Assembly: GCA_902601235.1 (NCBI GenBank)
Contig: CACKMG010000001.1
Coordinates: 32,539-96,538, forward strand
Length of the DNA: 64,000 nucleotides
Reading direction: 5' to 3'
Source: an uncultured Pelagibacteraceae bacterium
GTDB taxonomy: Bacteria; Pseudomonadota; Alphaproteobacteria; Pelagibacterales; Pelagibacteraceae
The translations under genes were made by a program, and so were the position numbers. How positions within the stretch are numbered: the first letter of the stretch is position 1; every line of letters starts with the position of its first letter. The notes beneath the pieces were generated by a model that searched no databases, was not told the DNA's origin, and saw only the letters and a list, made by a program, of their open reading frames with translations. Below, piece after piece: positions 61,697 through 64,000 of this stretch.

Positions 61697-63999
61697 TGAG
61701 TGATATTTTAACACCAGACAGAAAAACAAGACTTATCGCTACTCAAATTGAAGTAGATTTAAGAAGATGGATTCAAAAAGAATTATTAGTTAAAAAAAAA
61801 TTTAAAGATTTAGTGGATGATCAAACTTTTAAAGTTTGTCTAGATTATTGCATTAAAAGAAAAAAATCCTTAGATGAATTAATCATTAAGGATCAAATAC
61901 ATGACGACGAAATTCTTGAATTTATAAATTTTTCTACTTCGTTAGAAATTCTCAAAAAAAACAAAAATTTATTAGACGTCGACTCTCAAAAGTTATTAGA
62001 TGAAAATTATGATGGATTTGTTTTTGCAAAAGAAATTAGAAATACAGCAGAACATGGAAGAATAGTTACTCCAAATGAAGAAAATGAATTTAAAAAATTT
62101 TGTGACAAAATTATACAAAAAGAGGATTTGTTTAGCAGAACCGCCAAAGAAATTGAAGATTTAGAAAAAGGTATTTTGTTTGATAATTATACAGATGATT
62201 ATATTGATGAAAGAGAAGATATTCATAATTTACCTAATCCAGAATATGAAGATACAGGCTGGGTAGATAGAAAAGATTTAAATATTCAATTAAAAAAGAA
62301 ACTTAAAAATAGTAATGTTATTTCTTTTATAGGTGATGCTGGAGCCGGAAAAACTGCCCTTGCAGTAAAAAAGTGCTATGAATATTTAAATGGTCATATA
62401 GAAAACGACTTTGAGGCAATAATTTATCACTCGTTTAAAACAGAAAAATTTTCAAAAGGTGAGATTGTAGATTTAGAGAATGAAGTCAATACAACTGATA
62501 AATTTTTTCAATCTCTTGAAATAATAAATCATTTTGATGATCCAATTAAAAATTTAATTAAGCATTTAGAAGATCATAAAGTTTTATTATTACTGGATAA
62601 TTTGGAAAATGTTTTGGATAACAATATAATTAACTTTTTAGAGCAATTTTCTGAAGCTGACCATAAAAGTAAAATTTTTATTACTTCAAGAATACCTATT
62701 GGGCATGGAGATATACCAATCAAAGTTGGTCCTTTTAATGATAAGGAGGCCTTAGATTTCTTTGAAAGACTTAGCAAAGTTCATCAAATAGAAAATATCA
62801 CTAGAAAACTTAATGAAGTTACTAAAAAGAAATTAATAAGTCAGAGAATGCATAACCCTTTGTATATCAAATTAGCATTAAATGCTGTTGCCGATGGAGT
62901 TCCACTACAAAAAGCATTTGAAAATCATAAGGACTTATTAAATTTTTCTTATTTAACAATTTATAAAAATTTATCAGATTTATCAAAATTAGTTATTGAA
63001 ATTTTATTCACTATTAAAAAAGAATTAGCTTTAGCATCTATTTGTGATTTATTAGAAAATCAAGATCCAAATCTTATATCAAAATCTATCAGAGATTTGG
63101 TAAGAAAAAATATTTTAATTATTAGCTTTAAAAAAACTGAAGCAGAGTATTATAGTTTAAGAAAAGAAGTAGTGCCTTTCATTGAAAAAAATGATCTATA
63201 TTCTGATAAAAAAAGAAGTTCTAAAATTCAAAAAGATCACACTAATCTAAATGTTTTAGATTCAAATCTAGAAATTAACTTAAAAGAAATACAAGAAATA
63301 CCAGAAGGATGGACTAATTTTTTATGTAGAAAAGCTTCTGACAGATCTGCTATTTTTAAATTAAGAAGAGCCTCTAATATGATCCAAACACTTAATCGTT
63401 CAGAAAAAGTTATTTATGGACAGTATAAAGACACAGGCAAAACTAATGAAAAACTTGAGAAAGATATATTACAAATAATTGAAAATTTGAAAATTTCTCA
63501 TAAAGATTTTTGCGAAGTTTATAGAATTGAGGGAATGTTTTATGCTCTTCAAAATAAACTAACCGAAACAAAAAAAGCCTTTGATATAGCAATAGCTCTT
63601 CAACCTGATTATCCAAATATCTATAATTATTACTCTGTTAGTTTAAGAAAAATGCAGGACTTAGAGGCTTGTAAAGAAAATGCTGTGAAAGCTGCTGAAC
63701 TTTTTCCAGATCATGGTGACACACAACAAAATTTATTAATAATAAAAATTTATCTAAACGAGTTTGATGATGAAGAGATGGAAAATATTTATAATAAAGT
63801 TGATAAATATTTGAGAGAGACACGTAATTTTCTTAAGGTAAGAAGAAAAGTTGGTATGCAATTAATTAGGTATCACGTGAGTAAAAGTGACTATTTTTTG
63901 AACAATAAAGACTATTTAAATTGTTTAGAGGCAATGAAACAGGCATATAAAAAATTCGCATATCTTGAAGAAAAAAATTTAGTAGATGGTTTTACATTA
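61696..63999 (+). CDS. HEPN-NB-ARC(STAND)-TPR NLR-like protein, 3'-truncated by window (at least 768 aa; not in ORF track)
   Basis: Open frame from ATG 61696 (TAATG overlap) to window end; HEPN RNTAEH at 62038-62055; HNLP; Walker A GDAGAGKT at 62332-62355; Walker B LLLLDNLE about 62584-62607; ITSR at 62680; HNPLYI at 62851; TPR-like helices from about 63510. Confidence 0.85.
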   Translation, partial: MSDILTPDRKTRLIATQIEVDLRRWIQKELLVKKKFKDLVDDQTFKVCLDYCIKRKKSLDELIIKDQIHDDEILEFINFSTSLEILKKNKNLLDVDSQKLLDENYDGFVFAKEIRNTAEHGRIVTPNEENEFKKFCDKIIQKEDLFSRTAKEIEDLEKGILFDNYTDDYIDEREDIHNLPNPEYEDTGWVDRKDLNIQLKKKLKNSNVISFIGDAGAGKTALAVKKCYEYLNGHIENDFEAIIYHSFKTEKFSKGEIVDLENEVNTTDKFFQSLEIINHFDDPIKNLIKHLEDHKVLLLLDNLENVLDNNIINFLEQFSEADHKSKIFITSRIPIGHGDIPIKVGPFNDKEALDFFERLSKVHQIENITRKLNEVTKKKLISQRMHNPLYIKLALNAVADGVPLQKAFENHKDLLNFSYLTIYKNLSDLSKLVIEILFTIKKELALASICDLLENQDPNLISKSIRDLVRKNILIISFKKTEAEYYSLRKEVVPFIEKNDLYSDKKRSSKIQKDHTNLNVLDSNLEINLKEIQEIPEGWTNFLCRKASDRSAIFKLRRASNMIQTLNRSEKVIYGQYKDTGKTNEKLEKDILQIIENLKISHKDFCEVYRIEGMFYALQNKLTETKKAFDIAIALQPDYPNIYNYYSVSLRKMQDLEACKENAVKAAELFPDHGDTQQNLLIIKIYLNEFDDEEMENIYNKVDKYLRETRNFLKVRRKVGMQLIRYHVSKSDYFLNNKDYLNCLEAMKQAYKKFAYLEEKNLVDGFTL

Positions 64000-64000
64000 T

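Larger units (their letters stand above)
60325..64000. mobile_element. second island unit (defence cargo), continues beyond window
   Basis: Starts at the second tRNA-Ser half-copy; carries non-core nuclease and STAND genes; right end not visible. Confidence 0.65.

Noticed and set aside
59250-64000. Prophage, integrase, transposase or CRISPR array at the island edge
   Set aside because: No recombinase, transposase or phage structural motifs and no regularly spaced repeat-spacer array within the window; an integrase may lie further downstream

Overview
Very AT-rich, tightly packed alphaproteobacterial chromosome segment. Gene content, order and streamlining point to Pelagibacterales (SAR11); this is an inference. 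Bases 1-59,250 are mostly housekeeping: kdsA-eno-ftsB-lipA, ispDF, ntrYX-trkAH, aapJQMP, valS-ilvD-manC, a complete phoR-pstSCAB-phoU-phoB cluster with Pho boxes, zur-znuBC/znuA with tandem Zur boxes, argS-nagZ-scpAB-tatABC-serS, yajC-secDF, uvrA/ssb-gyrA-coaD-ppi-tgt, recG/sdhE and five tRNAs. The last 4.8 kb is the left edge of an island at tRNA-Ser(TGA) with unusual geometry. The 5' half of the tRNA (starting exactly at the anticodon loop), its upstream region and paired 11-bp-spaced repeats resembling integrase arm sites are duplicated 1,114 bp away, delimiting an integrase-free mini-cassette. A second unit follows, carrying a candidate anti-phage pair: a wHTH/EVE-like/DUF3883-type nuclease translationally coupled to a HEPN-NB-ARC(STAND)-TPR NLR-like protein. 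The latter is absent from the supplied ORF track because it runs off the window end. All domain calls are from motif recognition by eye, not database searches.
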